DNA from: an uncultured Candidatus Poseidoniales archaeon
Lineage (GTDB): Archaea; Thermoplasmatota; Poseidoniia; Poseidoniales; Thalassarchaeaceae
Length of the DNA: 64,000 bases
Assembly (NCBI GenBank): GCA_964576865.1
Contig: CAZNVK010000003.1
Location: 25,245 to 89,244 of the forward strand
Direction: 5' to 3'
The position numbers were made by a program, and so were the translations under genes. Every line of letters begins with the position of its first letter. Position 1 is the stretch's first letter. Below the pieces are notes generated by a model. It did not search any database. It was not told the DNA's origin and saw only the letters and a list, made by a program, of their open reading frames with translations. Shown here one piece after another: positions 1 through 11,100 of the stretch.

Positions 1-2
1 CC

Positions 3-719
3 CTAGCCGTTCAACTCGGGTATGTCTTCTCACATGCCTCTGCAACGAACTTCCCCTTCGGCGCAACCGGCGGTGATTGGAGTGGAGTGGGTATCGGCAA
101 TCTGGTACTATTATTCCTCTCGATGGTCGTCGTCCATCGGGCTGTCATCGAGACCCGAGACATCCACGTGCAGGAACGCCATGCCCACCCTGATCCTCGC
201 GTGGTTCAGAAAGCATGGCGCGACCATAGTCTGAATGCTTGGAGCATGAGTTTGGGCGCGTGGATGATCTTCCTCAATCTCTCAGCTTGGGCTGGTTCCC
301 ATGCGGTTGCCCTGAGGCCTCCAATCGAGTCTGATATGACTGGATTCATCGTCATGCACGTCTTCTTCGGAATCCTTGCGGTCGGTGTTTGGACCCATGT
401 CCTCTGGTATCCGCAATTCATGTTGGGCGCGGCGGGGGATCGTATCCAATCCGTCCGCGCACGCGAGGTCGCGGGTGAAGCCGTGCCGGTAAGCCGCGAC
501 CGGCGCCAAGGATCATGCCCGATCTGTGGGGTTGAGACAGCCGCCATCCGCCACGAGGATGGTACGCTCGAAGTCCCATGTGGTGAATGCGATGGAGGTG
601 GAGCTCCCGGGACTGCGTGCGCCGATTGCGGGGCAACACTCCCTGCGCGAATCTCCTGCCACGACTGCGGGTCGAGCACGACGGTAATCAGTCACTTCTC
701 GCGATCGGAGGCGTGGTGA
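3..719 (+). CDS. Membrane protein with C-terminal double zinc-ribbon domain (5'-partial)
   Basis: Frame is open from the window edge; several hydrophobic helices, then CPICG/CGECDG/CADCG/CHDCG Cys pairs. Confidence 0.8.
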   Translation, partial: LAVQLGYVFSHASATNFPFGATGGDWSGVGIGNLVLLFLSMVVVHRAVIETRDIHVQERHAHPDPRVVQKAWRDHSLNAWSMSLGAWMIFLNLSAWAGSHAVALRPPIESDMTGFIVMHVFFGILAVGVWTHVLWYPQFMLGAAGDRIQSVRAREVAGEAVPVSRDRRQGSCPICGVETAAIRHEDGTLEVPCGECDGGGAPGTACADCGATLPARISCHDCGSSTTVISHFSRSEAW

Positions 720-769
720 GAGCACCGGAGTTGAACCTCCGAGATCATCTTCAGCGAGGTGCTTGAGTC

Positions 770-2236
770 GTGCTCGACGATGAGGTTCCCGATCCTTTTG
801 ACGACCCTGCCGAAGGGACTGATGTCAGTGCGGACACGTCCAAAGAGACTGATGTCAGTGCGGACACGTCCAAAGGGACTGATTTCGATGCAGACCCGGC
901 GGATGGTGCGAGCGTCAGGGTCGACCCTGCCGACGAATCTGATGAAGCACACTTCGGCGATGCTTTCACTTGGTTGATTGGCATCGTCTCTGGCTTGATC
1001 TCGGTATTGGCAATCCTCGTCCTTTTTCTCTGGCTCTGGGCAGGTGCTAACGACATCATACTCGGGGGCCCTCCACCAACGTTGACAGGTTGGCAGGAAT
1101 CGTATCGCGACCTGACCGGATTCGACGAGGTCACGGGTTTGGATGGTAGCGGGGTACGTGTTTGCATCGTTGACTCGGGGATTGAAATGTCTCATCCCGA
1201 CCTCCAGCATCTTACCCTCGCCGGATGGCTAGATGTGGTGGATGGTCGGGATGCCCCCTACGACGATGAGGGCCACGGCACGGCGATGGCTGGCATCATC
1301 GTCGCACAGGATGGACTTACTGGAATTGCTCCGGGCGTTGAACTTCTGGTAGCGAAGGCGATCGATGGGCAAGGAAGTGGTAGCGATGAGGGAATTGCGG
1401 AGGCGGTTGAATGGTGTGCTGACCAGCAGGCTGACATCATCTCTCTGAGCCTTGGGGGAGAGGGGGGTATCGGCTTCGCGGGAATCACCACCGACCAACT
1501 TGAGCAAGCGGTTCAGGATGCGCTCGACGAGGGTGTTTTCGTGGTTGCGGCGGCGGGGAATGACGGTGAGGATGACGACGGTGATGTCTCCTCTCCCGGC
1601 TCCGTCGAAGATGTGATCTGTGTGGGCGGAACAACCCGTTTGGGCAATGTCTGGAGAGGCAGTTCAGAGGGAGATAACAATGGTCGATTATGGCCACCGA
1701 TGTTGCCCCGCTCGGATCCGGACAAGAAGCCTGAGGTTCTGGCTCCAGGGGCGGAGGTTCCAGTCTTGATGGCCGGCGGGTCTGGAGATGGCTCTTGGTG
1801 GGGCTGGGCCAGTGGAACTTCGGCGGCTACCGCGTGGGTATCGGGTGGATTGGCCCTGATATTGGAGGCCCATCCTGAGATGCAGCGCGAGGGGAGTGCT
1901 GGGGGGCCGAGCGCGATCGAGATGATTAAGGAGGAATTGAGTGAGAACTCGCAAATGGACCATGGTCAAGAAGACCATGATGACCACTTCGGATACGGTA
2001 TCTTCCGTATCGATCTGATGCTCGACGCTCTGGGGAATGCCTCAACCTCGGTTGAAGAAACCACTGCAGGGGCCGACCGATTGGAAATTCAACTTGAATT
2101 TGAGAATCAGGCGGAACGCAGGAAGACTCCGAGGGTTCCGCCTGTGAGTTCGACGAAGGCTGCTGAGTGCTCTGAATCTGCCCTTCGCACGAACTCCATC
2201 CACCGATTGAAGGAAGCTACGACCTGCTGGGCCTGA
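770..2236 (+). CDS. Membrane-anchored S8 (subtilisin-like) serine protease
   Basis: Catalytic motifs VCIVDSG, DDEGHGT, AAAGN, GTSAAT; acidic N-tail then one TM helix; 3' end overlaps the convergent gene by 130 bp. Confidence 0.92.
   Translation: MLDDEVPDPFDDPAEGTDVSADTSKETDVSADTSKGTDFDADPADGASVRVDPADESDEAHFGDAFTWLIGIVSGLISVLAILVLFLWLWAGANDIILGGPPPTLTGWQESYRDLTGFDEVTGLDGSGVRVCIVDSGIEMSHPDLQHLTLAGWLDVVDGRDAPYDDEGHGTAMAGIIVAQDGLTGIAPGVELLVAKAIDGQGSGSDEGIAEAVEWCADQQADIISLSLGGEGGIGFAGITTDQLEQAVQDALDEGVFVVAAAGNDGEDDDGDVSSPGSVEDVICVGGTTRLGNVWRGSSEGDNNGRLWPPMLPRSDPDKKPEVLAPGAEVPVLMAGGSGDGSWWGWASGTSAATAWVSGGLALILEAHPEMQREGSAGGPSAIEMIKEELSENSQMDHGQEDHDDHFGYGIFRIDLMLDALGNASTSVEETTAGADRLEIQLEFENQAERRKTPRVPPVSSTKAAECSESALRTNSIHRLKEATTCWA
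813..895 (+). repeat. 30-bp in-frame tandem repeat (~2.7 copies) in the S8 protease N-terminus
   Basis: aagggactgatgtcagtgcggacacgtcca (813-842), aagagactgatgtcagtgcggacacgtcca (843-872), degenerate third copy; encodes (G/E)TDVSADTSK. Confidence 0.95.
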
Positions 2237-2901
2237 GTCAATTCCTGTCCAGGTTTCGGTTCTCCGACATCACCGGTTGGGACTTGGGGTTCGAGCACCA
2301 TAACTACGCCTCCGGGTGCCAGCAGGTCGAAGGCTCTGGATGCGGCCTCAGCCCTCTCCAATTCGGGCAGGTCGATGATGATCAGATCGATGGGTTGAGG
2401 CAACGGAGCGGCGCGTGCAGCGTCTGGGAGTGCCGTGCCGGCTGCATTCCAAGATGAGGTTTCGGCGGCGACCTCATTCCATGGAATAGTCAGTACTTGA
2501 GCCCATGAGGTCGCGTCGTATCGGCGTAGCAATCTATCGATGATGACGCCGAATTTACCGCCCTTCTCGATGACCCGAAGAGTCTCCGGGCGGTGTGTGC
2601 TCACCGACTCATCCGAGTTCGGATCACCACACCACAGATCCATCATCCAAGCGGTGAGGTGACCGATGCCGCCACCGACGATGACGACATTACGCGCAGG
2701 TAGACGACCGGCGATGTCGCGTATCCGCGCGCGAACCGAACGAGTCAATGGACGCAGATCCATGTGGAGCATCTGCTCACCAATCGCTGCGGCGATCTCA
2801 GGCTCCGAATCTCCGCGCGTTTCATCAGCGCTGACCAGCCTCTCGAACATCTCGCGCTGAGACATTTGAGGCAGACCCAATCCGCCCCCGAGATCGCTCA
2901 T
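2107..2901 (-). CDS. Class I SAM-dependent methyltransferase-like protein
   Basis: VIVGGGIGH motif I, acidic end of beta2 (VIEK), DLIIID, LAPGGV; start reset to ATG 2901. Confidence 0.7.
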   Translation of the reverse strand: MSDLGGGLGLPQMSQREMFERLVSADETRGDSEPEIAAAIGEQMLHMDLRPLTRSVRARIRDIAGRLPARNVVIVGGGIGHLTAWMMDLWCGDPNSDESVSTHRPETLRVIEKGGKFGVIIDRLLRRYDATSWAQVLTIPWNEVAAETSSWNAAGTALPDAARAAPLPQPIDLIIIDLPELERAEAASRAFDLLAPGGVVMVLEPQVPTGDVGEPKPGQELTQAQQVVASFNRWMEFVRRADSEHSAAFVELTGGTLGVFLRSA

Positions 2902-2979
2902 GCAACGGCCTCGGGTGGCCTTCTCTTGAACCATCCCACGCGCGGATGGCTTCAAGAGGAGCAGTCCTGCCGCCGGGTC

Positions 2980-3654
2980 GTGACCGATAGTCAGGACGAG
3001 GAGCAGCCAGTCGATGTCGCCGAGTGCGGCAGCTGTGCTGATTTCACCGAACACGAGGTGCTACGCCGCCACGTAAAGGGTGATGGCGAAGATCTTCTGG
3101 TTCAGTGCCGCGATTGTGGAGGGGTTCAGACACTTCATCTGCGACCGGGAAAGGAGGTAGGCATCACGACCATTCTGTCGGATGGAGCTGAGAGCCTGAC
3201 GGATAAGGTCGAGGCGGATGAGGATGAAGTCATCTCTGTCGGTGAGGTATTCGAACACTCGGAGATTCTCTACCGAATCACCCGCCTTGATGATTCCGAT
3301 TCACGACCAAAGAAATCGATTGTGGCGTCCGAGATCTCAACGATGTGGGCCGTGAGATGCGATAAGGCGATCGTCAAACTTACCATGACCGATGGAGAAG
3401 AGAGTTCTTCCAAGACAATCGAATGCACTCCTGATGAGGTATTCTCCTGTGGCTCGATAATGGAAGTCGACGGTGTGCGATGGCGCATTCGAGCCCTGCA
3501 CACCGGCCGGGGCAGAACCCTGCGTGGTAAGCGCGCGGCGATGGAGATACGGCGAATCTACCTTCATCCACCGAGGGCACGCTACGGGGACGACGATCGA
3601 CGTGACTCTCGTGGACCACGTAGAGATGCCCGATTCGATGACCGCCGCCGCTGA
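2980..3654 (+). CDS. HVO_0476-like archaeal zinc-finger protein
   Basis: CGSC...HEVL...CRDCG N-terminal zinc ribbon followed by two repeated beta domains; probable GTG start at 2980. Confidence 0.75.
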   Translation: MTDSQDEEQPVDVAECGSCADFTEHEVLRRHVKGDGEDLLVQCRDCGGVQTLHLRPGKEVGITTILSDGAESLTDKVEADEDEVISVGEVFEHSEILYRITRLDDSDSRPKKSIVASEISTMWAVRCDKAIVKLTMTDGEESSSKTIECTPDEVFSCGSIMEVDGVRWRIRALHTGRGRTLRGKRAAMEIRRIYLHPPRARYGDDDRRDSRGPRRDARFDDRRR

Positions 3655-3665
3655 TTCTGAGACGT

Positions 3666-4640
3666 TCAGCGCCGATTCGTCCATGGCATGATGATGCTCT
3701 TGGCGATGTGCCAGGCGACGTCTGGGTTCTCCCGCAATCGGCGCATGCTATACTCATACCATCGGCTTCCGTATGGGATGTAGACCCTTGTGAGATGGCC
3801 CTGTGAGGCCAATTTTCGGCGCACGTTGCCTCTGACCCCCAGCAGCATCTGGAATTCATAACCCGGACCTTTTCCCTTCCGCGGCCCCCCTGCTCCGGCT
3901 CTTGGGTCAGCCACGCTTGGCCCCATCCCTCTCTCGCTCAGCGCGGCTAGCGAATGATCGATGATTGGCAGATCGTGGGATGCGATCGCTGTGTACGAAC
4001 CGGCATCGAGCAATTGGTCGATTGCTCGGTTCGTGGCTTTGACAATCTCATGGTAGCTGGTGTGGGCTATCTGCTCGGATTCGAGGTAGATTCCCTTGCA
4101 GATACGCACATCCGAGGCGCCGGCGAGGGCGCCTGCAAGTTTGTCGATGTCTAATTCGGTGCGGAAGAGTCTGGCCTGGAGGACCGTACCGATATTGCTG
4201 AGACCGAGTTCGTGCATCTTGGTGACGAGGTCGATGGTCGGTTGGGTCACTCTGTGGTCTTCCATGTCCAAGCGAACGAAGATGTCGTGCTCGGCCGCCT
4301 TGCGGGTGATTCGTTCGATATTGGCGATGGCGCTCGACTCGTCGATGAGCAATCCGAAGGCCGTCGGTTTGAGAGAGATATTTGCATCGAAATCCTCGGC
4401 GACGATCGCATCGAGGACGCGAGCGTATTCCTCGACGAAGAAGTCGGCTTCTGCCATTGTGGTGATTTCCTCGCCTAGAACATCGATGGTGAAGCAGGCT
4501 CCTTGTGAGCTTAATTCGCGCATCACATCCAGCGCCCCCGCGAGGTCTGGACCGGCGACGTAGCGGTTTGCGACCCAGCGGATGACGAAGCGAGGTGTGA
4601 TGGGCATAGCCATCATGATCAGCCTGCCCATGATGCCCAT
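3666..4640 (-). CDS. Monofunctional proline dehydrogenase
   Basis: RYVAG, DVLGE, ISLKPT, VRLDMED, VRICKGIY, ASHD, YEFQMLLG, YIPYG..WYEYSMRRL.E motifs. Confidence 0.95.
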   Translation of the reverse strand: MGIMGRLIMMAMPITPRFVIRWVANRYVAGPDLAGALDVMRELSSQGACFTIDVLGEEITTMAEADFFVEEYARVLDAIVAEDFDANISLKPTAFGLLIDESSAIANIERITRKAAEHDIFVRLDMEDHRVTQPTIDLVTKMHELGLSNIGTVLQARLFRTELDIDKLAGALAGASDVRICKGIYLESEQIAHTSYHEIVKATNRAIDQLLDAGSYTAIASHDLPIIDHSLAALSERGMGPSVADPRAGAGGPRKGKGPGYEFQMLLGVRGNVRRKLASQGHLTRVYIPYGSRWYEYSMRRLRENPDVAWHIAKSIIMPWTNRR

Positions 4641-4677
4641 GGCGGCCTTCGTGTGGCGGGAGCACTTTCACGATTGC

Positions 4678-5610
4678 TCATGGCAGGAAGTCTCGGCCGC
4701 GACGTACTTCGACGCCCATCTGACCTAGTTCCTCGATGATGGCTGAGCGCTGCCAACCCTTGAACGATTTACGGTCGAGGTGGGCGAAGAAAGTGCCACC
4801 CGGGTAGGCTTCGCGAGTCTTACTTACCGCTTCGGCGAGGCTGTGTTTCCATGGCCCGCTCGGTGGACCTTCGTCACGCTCGTCGAAGATGAGCGCGTAA
4901 TTGGCTAATAGATGGCCGAAGTCGAGGCCACTGCGGATGATTACATCGGTGTGGCGTGGAGCGTAATGACCTCCACCCAATCCAATCATCACTTCGCCCT
5001 CGCCACTCCATTCGCCCAGCGGGCTGCTATCTGCGAGCCCGAGAACACGGTAGATGACGCGGGCCCAACAATCGGCTGCGTCCTCGCGCACCCACTCGGA
5101 TTCCTTCGAGCCGATTTCGAGGTAGAGTGTTGGAGCGGTCAGCACCGGACCATGATGAGTTGTTTCGAGGGTGAGGTCGAATTCGTCGGCCAGTCCGGAG
5201 TTGGTGGCTTCGATTCGTAATTCGCGGAATAGGGTGGCGAATCGCGGGCTTGGGGGGACGGCCAGCCCCTTGCGCCCGCCGGCGAATCCCGGTTCACCGT
5301 GGGGCACTTCGCCTGGCACTCCGATGGCATGCAGGGTGAGAGAAGGGCGGCCGCTCTTAGCTGCGTGGCGAGAGAGAACCAGAACCTCATCGACGGTTTC
5401 GCCGACGGCACCGGAATGAGTCTCATCTATGCCGTCGGCGTGAATATGCAACTCTTCGATTGTGAGCAGATGTACTGGTTGGGCTGAGTGTCGTTGAAGG
5501 ACGCCATGCTCGAATCCCTCCTTCTGCCCCCAACCATCGAGCCGAAGAACCGCCTCCAGCAGATTCACCGATGCGTTATCGGCTCGAGAGGCGAGCAGCA
5601 GGCAGACCAT
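4678..5610 (-). CDS. dtdA: D-aminoacyl-tRNA deacylase (DTD2/GEK1, archaeal type)
   Basis: SRH, LTLH, ETTHHGP, LEIGS, GGGHYAP motifs. Confidence 0.93.
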   Translation of the reverse strand: MVCLLLASRADNASVNLLEAVLRLDGWGQKEGFEHGVLQRHSAQPVHLLTIEELHIHADGIDETHSGAVGETVDEVLVLSRHAAKSGRPSLTLHAIGVPGEVPHGEPGFAGGRKGLAVPPSPRFATLFRELRIEATNSGLADEFDLTLETTHHGPVLTAPTLYLEIGSKESEWVREDAADCWARVIYRVLGLADSSPLGEWSGEGEVMIGLGGGHYAPRHTDVIIRSGLDFGHLLANYALIFDERDEGPPSGPWKHSLAEAVSKTREAYPGGTFFAHLDRKSFKGWQRSAIIEELGQMGVEVRRGRDFLP

Positions 5611-5713
5611 GCCTCACGCTGCTCGCGAGATGACTTCAATTCATCCGAGGCGACGAACTCATCGCTCAGCGAGCTGACCACAGATTCAAACGCGAGCGCA
5701 GAATGCTTGACCC

Positions 5714-6610
5714 GTGAGCCGAATCGTCACCTTCACCCCGACTCGAGTGGACTTGGGTGAGACTCACCACGTCATCGTCGGAACTCTCGGAGAATTGGCT
5801 CGTATCGACGATGACGGCAATGCACTCGGCGATTCAGTCACCCCATTTCCTGCCGCCGTCCCATGCTCGACGCAGATCGATGGCGGCTGGCTGGGAGTCT
5901 GGGTCGAGCCCGAACACCGCTTAGCAAGGATGGCTCGCCTGAATTCAGACTCCGAATGGAAGAACGGCAACCCCCGCGGTGAATTTCGGACCTCCAGAGT
6001 GAGAGATATGCAACCCGCGAATGCGGAGTGGACTCGCTCGATGGATGCAGAGCCTACGGCGGTTTGCCGCACCGAAACCGGATTCTGCTTCGCTGTGCGA
6101 GGACGCGGAATCTATCACCTCGATGCACAAGCGAATGAGATCTGGCGTGCAAAACTCCCCTCGGTTCTCGATGGGCGCCGCCGAGGTCTCGAAACTGCAA
6201 TCTCCATGCAAGCCTCGAAAGACAAACTCAGTGTCTGGTACGACAACGGCTTAGTTGTCGACTTATCGATGTCCGACGGGTCGGAAATCGACCGCCGCAA
6301 CCTGAATGCTTCCGAGCGCATCGAAGCGGTATACCACAGTGATTCGCAACACCTCATCGCGCTCGCCGGCGGCGGCATCTCGATCCAGGATGAGAATGGG
6401 GTTCTCGAATCCCACGCGACACCGGGTCCAGTCTTCGCCGCTCGTCGTATCGGCGAGACTTGGGAATTCACCGGCTGGCGTCACGATGGACGACTCGACG
6501 AGGACGGACTCAGTCTAGCTAAACGACGGGAGATCGGCGTGGGATTCGTCGGCCAGCGAATCCTGACCAATGACGGCACGCTGGCCGCCTTCGGAATCAC
6601 TCGTTCTTGA
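5714..6610 (+). CDS. Hypothetical protein, probable beta-propeller-like fold
   Basis: 298-aa ORF filling the gap; repeated beta-strand/Trp patterns; no family motif recognised. Confidence 0.6.
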   Translation: MSRIVTFTPTRVDLGETHHVIVGTLGELARIDDDGNALGDSVTPFPAAVPCSTQIDGGWLGVWVEPEHRLARMARLNSDSEWKNGNPRGEFRTSRVRDMQPANAEWTRSMDAEPTAVCRTETGFCFAVRGRGIYHLDAQANEIWRAKLPSVLDGRRRGLETAISMQASKDKLSVWYDNGLVVDLSMSDGSEIDRRNLNASERIEAVYHSDSQHLIALAGGGISIQDENGVLESHATPGPVFAARRIGETWEFTGWRHDGRLDEDGLSLAKRREIGVGFVGQRILTNDGTLAAFGITRS

Positions 6611-6761
6611 CTGTGTGGCCGCACTTTCCGCAGGACTTGCGGTCAGCGTGGACACCGAGGAAAACCCCGGGGCCGCAGGTTGGACAGGTCTCAGCGCGGA
6701 CCAGCGTGTCGCCTTCAATTTGGTACTTTGACCACTTTGCGTTCGCGTTCGGATCTGACAT
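6597..6761 (-). CDS. rps27ae: 30S ribosomal protein S27ae (eS31); missing from the ORF track (54 aa)
   Basis: Hand translation [54 protein letters not shown]; start overlaps the rps24e stop. Confidence 0.95.
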   Translation of the reverse strand: MSDPNANAKWSKYQIEGDTLVRAETCPTCGPGVFLGVHADRKSCGKCGHTVKNE

Positions 6762-7063
6762 CACTCATCGCCTCCTTCTGTCTTTGGGCTAAGCTTCTCG
6801 TGCCTCTTGTGCACATACTCTGGCTCGACGGTTGCGGCCTCGGAATCACCGTATATCAGCGCGAGGCCGGTCGTCTGCGGACGGCCGTAACGGGTGTTGA
6901 CATCCTTGACGAATGTAAGCTCCTTCTTCGAACCTGGTTCTGCCTTGGCAGCGGCGGCTACCATCTCAGCGAGTGTAGGTGTGGCTCCGGTCGAGTGCTC
7001 CCAGCGGAAGCGGAGTTCGACTCGGTTCAGCAGTGGATTCTCTTTCCTTTCGATTATCTCCAT
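6761..7063 (-). CDS. rps24e: 30S ribosomal protein S24e
   Basis: [16 protein letters not shown]...ATPT...TRYG...G.A.IY; GGAGG Shine-Dalgarno upstream; canonical operon position. Confidence 0.95.
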   Translation of the reverse strand: MEIIERKENPLLNRVELRFRWEHSTGATPTLAEMVAAAAKAEPGSKKELTFVKDVNTRYGRPQTTGLALIYGDSEAATVEPEYVHKRHEKLSPKTEGGDE

Positions 7064-7076
7064 ACAGATTCCTCCT

Positions 7077-7298
7077 TCAGCGGATATTCACCTTCAGTGC
7101 GTACGACCCTGGCTCGCTGACGTTCAGGCGCTGCGCCACCTCGGATCGGTTTGGGTGCATGATCACAACGTATCCGGACCAGTCGGTGGTGACCGGCGCG
7201 GATGGGCAGTGCATGCACTGGACAGGGTCGTTCTTGCTAGGTGGATCGGGCAGAATGCGGTTGCACTCGCCGCAGGCGAAGGGCTTCTTCACCATCAT
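7077..7298 (-). CDS. spt4: Transcription elongation factor Spt4 (RpoE'')
   Basis: ACGEC...CMHC...DWSGYVVIMHP..SEVA......PGSYALKV. Confidence 0.95.
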   Translation of the reverse strand: MMVKKPFACGECNRILPDPPSKNDPVQCMHCPSAPVTTDWSGYVVIMHPNRSEVAQRLNVSEPGSYALKVNIR

Positions 7299-7846
7299 CA
7301 GTCACCTCGGGTCAGCCAATCGTGGGCACCTAGTCCGGACATCTTGCAGTTCAAACCGATCTTGCTCGAGCGAGGATCGTTCTGGTTGATCGCCTTGGAG
7401 ACGATGCGAGAGCGGACGAAGGAGCCCTCTTCGATGTGCTTGCCGGTCTGGGATCCTTCGATGCGGCGGATTCCCATGTTGACTTGGACAGGCTCGTCGA
7501 GGATCTGCGACTTGTGGAGCAGAGCCTCGATCGGGCCGATGCGGACGAAGGCGCCGTACTCGGAGACTTCGGATACCGCTCCATCGACGACTTCGTTAGC
7601 CTCCATTGTGAAGTGGAGTGCCTTGAAGCGGACGCGCTGGTAGATAGCTCCATCCCCGTGGATGATCTTGCCGCGTCCGACGGTCTCGTGACCGAAGGTG
7701 AGCAGAGTGTAGTTCTCATCCTCATCGAACCGACCCTCGAAAGCGGCGTGTGCCAACTCATCGATGTGGTCCTCGAGCTTTCGATCCTTGCGGATGTACT
7801 CCGCTGGGATGCGGATGGTGTCCTCCATGGTCACGAGACTGTACAT
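7298..7846 (-). CDS. rpoE1: DNA-directed RNA polymerase subunit E' (Rpo7)
   Basis: MY....DTIRIP, GKIIHGDG, S1 domain YGAFVRIGPIEALLHKSQI, KIGL.CK..GLG..W. Confidence 0.95.
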   Translation of the reverse strand: MYSLVTMEDTIRIPAEYIRKDRKLEDHIDELAHAAFEGRFDEDENYTLLTFGHETVGRGKIIHGDGAIYQRVRFKALHFTMEANEVVDGAVSEVSEYGAFVRIGPIEALLHKSQILDEPVQVNMGIRRIEGSQTGKHIEEGSFVRSRIVSKAINQNDPRSSKIGLNCKMSGLGAHDWLTRGD

Positions 7847-7973
7847 TTCATTCTCCTCCAGTCGCCGGACCGCTCCGAGGTCAGTCGGAGGAAAGGCAGG
7901 TCAACCCTCCCGTCCCTCATCGGCTGTGCCTCCAGAGGAGAGGTCCGTGCGACTCGCCGACCTGCGCCCCTCC

Positions 7974-7979
7974 TATAAG
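7974..7979 (-). promoter_or_regulatory. Candidate TATA box (CTTATA) for the rpoE1 operon
   Basis: Most TATA-like hexamer in the GC-rich upstream region; ~130 nt before the ATG; GGAGG SD at 7855-7859. Confidence 0.45.
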
Positions 7980-8149
7980 CGCAACGGATGAGGCTACGCC
8001 TCCCGATTTGCTCTGGATTGCTGTCATTCATTCGCCAAATACGCGCGCTCACACTGGTCGGCGTTGGGTAAAGCCTGCTCAGACCGTAGGTCTGATTGAG
8101 AGTCTGGCCCGAACGTTCAAGTGGCTCGGAAAGCCGAACTTCGCCTCTG

Positions 8150-11100
8150 ATGGGCATGCGGTCGGCTGGTTTTGGGGCCTTTGAGAAGCGAGGGGCGGTT
8201 CTCGCCGTGCTTTCGCTACTCCTGCTATCGATGTCTCCGATGCTCTGGGGAATTGAGGATTCTGGGGATTCCCTCGCTGGTTCCCAGGGTGATTCCGCCT
8301 TCACGGGCGTTGTGGAACCTTGGTCTGACGGCGACCAACCCTGGCCACAGCCCGGACGACATGCTGAGCGCACGTCGAATGGCCCAGCTCACTCTCCTGA
8401 TGGCGGGGCTGGGACAGGTGCGCCTGCCGATGCCACCGAGTTGGCATCGGTGGTCGACCCGGTAGTCAATTGGGTCTACGGGTCGTACGGAATCGGTACT
8501 GATGCGCTCGGCACCCCGGTGGCTGACCTGAGTGCTCAGATCGTCACCGAGGAAGCTGCAGCCGAGCGCTGTGGGGGAGATTCCCTGTTCACTATAATTG
8601 TTCAGACAGTCGGGGTTGGAGGAAGCGACCACAGTGTGATGCGAATCATAGAGGGAGAGGATGCGGATCTTGCGTGGGAGGTGGATTTGGGTGCCACGGA
8701 GGACGTCAAGGCCTCGCCTGTTGTCGTCGATTTGGACGATGATGGCATGCAGGAAGTCCTAGTTGTCTACGATGCGGCTGGAACGATGTACGTGGATGCC
8801 TACTCCCCCCGCCTGCATTGTTCGGTGACCGGATGGTCCGCGGGCGGGTCGAAGAGTGGGGAATTGCTCTGGACCTACAGTGACGATGCTCTCCGCATAA
8901 GCAGCTCGGATGGCCCTTACACCTCCTCTCTATTCGGAGGTCACAAGCCAACGACTCAACCCCTGCTGGCGGATTTGGATCTCGATGGCGATGCTGAACT
9001 TGTTCTAGCCGCCATCGATGAGATCAGCGAGGATCCAGTAATCGTAGCCCTACCGCTTGGTGCTAACGGCGTGCCGACCCCCTTGTGGGAGTCGACCTTG
9101 CAGGATGGTAGCCACCCATCAGATCCAGCATTCGCCCAGGTGGATGATGAGACGGCTTACGTCTTGTTGACTACGACTCAAGCCTCGAGTGGGGCGATGT
9201 GGGTCTGGAAGTTGGATTCGACCAATGGTGACCAGAAGTGGGGTGGTTTGAGTCTCAACAATATCGATGGAAACTCCGATGTGCCACACATTCGCTTGCC
9301 AGGACCTATTGTTGCGAATCTCGATTCCGACGCTTCACCTGAGATGATAATCACCATTCCGACAGACGCCGATGGTTCGACGACAGACGACGGCGCGGAG
9401 TACCGCGGCCTCGAGATTGATGATGGGACTGCGATCTGGTCTTTCGAGGCTGTGAACGGTTACGCCGACGCGCCTCCTCTGGCGGTCGATACGGATGATG
9501 ATGACGTCATCGACCGCGTCTGTTGGATCTCTTGGTATCAGGAGACGACAGCTCGCCATGGCCACGCCGGATGTCACGACGTCTCAGGCAATAATCCACA
9601 ATTGGAGTGGCATCATGACCTCGAGCAGTCGAGTGGTTCTCCGAATGATGAAATCGCTGTTGGACAACCGATCTGGATGGATATCGACGGCAATGGTGCG
9701 CCCGAGATGCTTGTGGCTTACGGGCGCACGCTATGGGCTTGGGATGGCGACTCCGGCACACAAGCCTCGATCAATGACAATTGGAATGACGAGGTCGAGG
9801 TCGACCACAGGACATGGTCATCCCCAGCCCTCGCAGATGTCGACGGTGACGCCACCCTTGACATCATTCTAGGCGACACCGTCGTCTCGACAGCGCTCGC
9901 TGATGTGCGACCGCTGCTCGATGGGCGCGCAATAGAATTCAACCCGAGCGCCCCAGACCCAGGCGAGGAAGTGACAGTCACGGCCTTCTTCGAGAACGCA
10001 GGAACCACCGAAGTCGACCGCGCGGTGGACGCTGTGCTCTACGCGAATGGGGAGGTGATTGCCCGCCACCGCGCAGAATCACTCGAACCGACCGACCCCA
10101 CCGGATCGGCCGGCTTCGAATCATTCTCGGTGGAATGGTCGGGCGCGCTCGGCGAGCACGAGTTCGAACTCGTGCTCGACCCCTACCAGAATGTCACCCA
10201 ATCGAGGTACGATAACGATGGACAAGTCACCACGCTGACCATCGTCCCACCTTACAATGCGACATTCGAGATGCCGACGAATCCAGTGCGAGTCAATCCG
10301 GGAGACTCAACCATTGGTCAACCGACCGTCCGCTCAACCGGCCGACTCGCAGGAGTCTGGAGCCTGAGCGTGGATTCGTCGAACCTACCGACGGGATGGA
10401 CTTGGAGCGATGAAACCCCAGGCGGCATCAGCGGCATCGAGATCGCCACCGACTCAACTTGGACTCCCTCACTCAGAATCCACGCTCCAACCGATGCAGC
10501 CGGCTCCGACGCAGGTCATCTAACACTGACCTTGACCCTCGATGAGGACGCGAATGTCAGCGTGACCGGAGTCCTGCCAGTGGAAGCGAACCGAACCCGA
10601 GGGCTCTCGATCAGAGGCCCATCAGGAACCACCACGAGCACAGGATACGGACTGATCGGCGAATCCGCAAAGGCATGGCTCATCGTCGAGAATCTCGGGA
10701 ATGCCGACGAGAATTCAATCTCCATGTTCTGGGACAGCACCACTTGGGACTCTGCCGAAAACAACCTCGCTCTGCACGACGAGGAAGGAAATGAAATCCC
10801 AGCCCTAGGCCTCGACGCGGGTGAACAGCGTATCATAATCGCACGGTTAGGAGTCCCTTCGGACGCCAACCTCGGTGATTCAGTCTCAACCCCACTGACA
10901 ATGTGTGTTGGCAGCGGGGAGGAGGAGGCCTGTCAAACGGTCCAACTACAATTCACCGCTGCAGGGGTAACCACCGAAACCGACCACCAACGCAGCATGC
11001 CCGAAAATACCCTCGAATGGACGGTCACAGCAGACCTTCCGACCGCCAGCGGCGTTCTCGATTGGAGTATCAATGACGCAGGGATGGGAATTGAAGACTG

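Noticed and set aside
813-895. 30-bp repeats as a CRISPR array
   Set aside because: Head-to-tail with no spacers, in frame within a CDS, no cas genes
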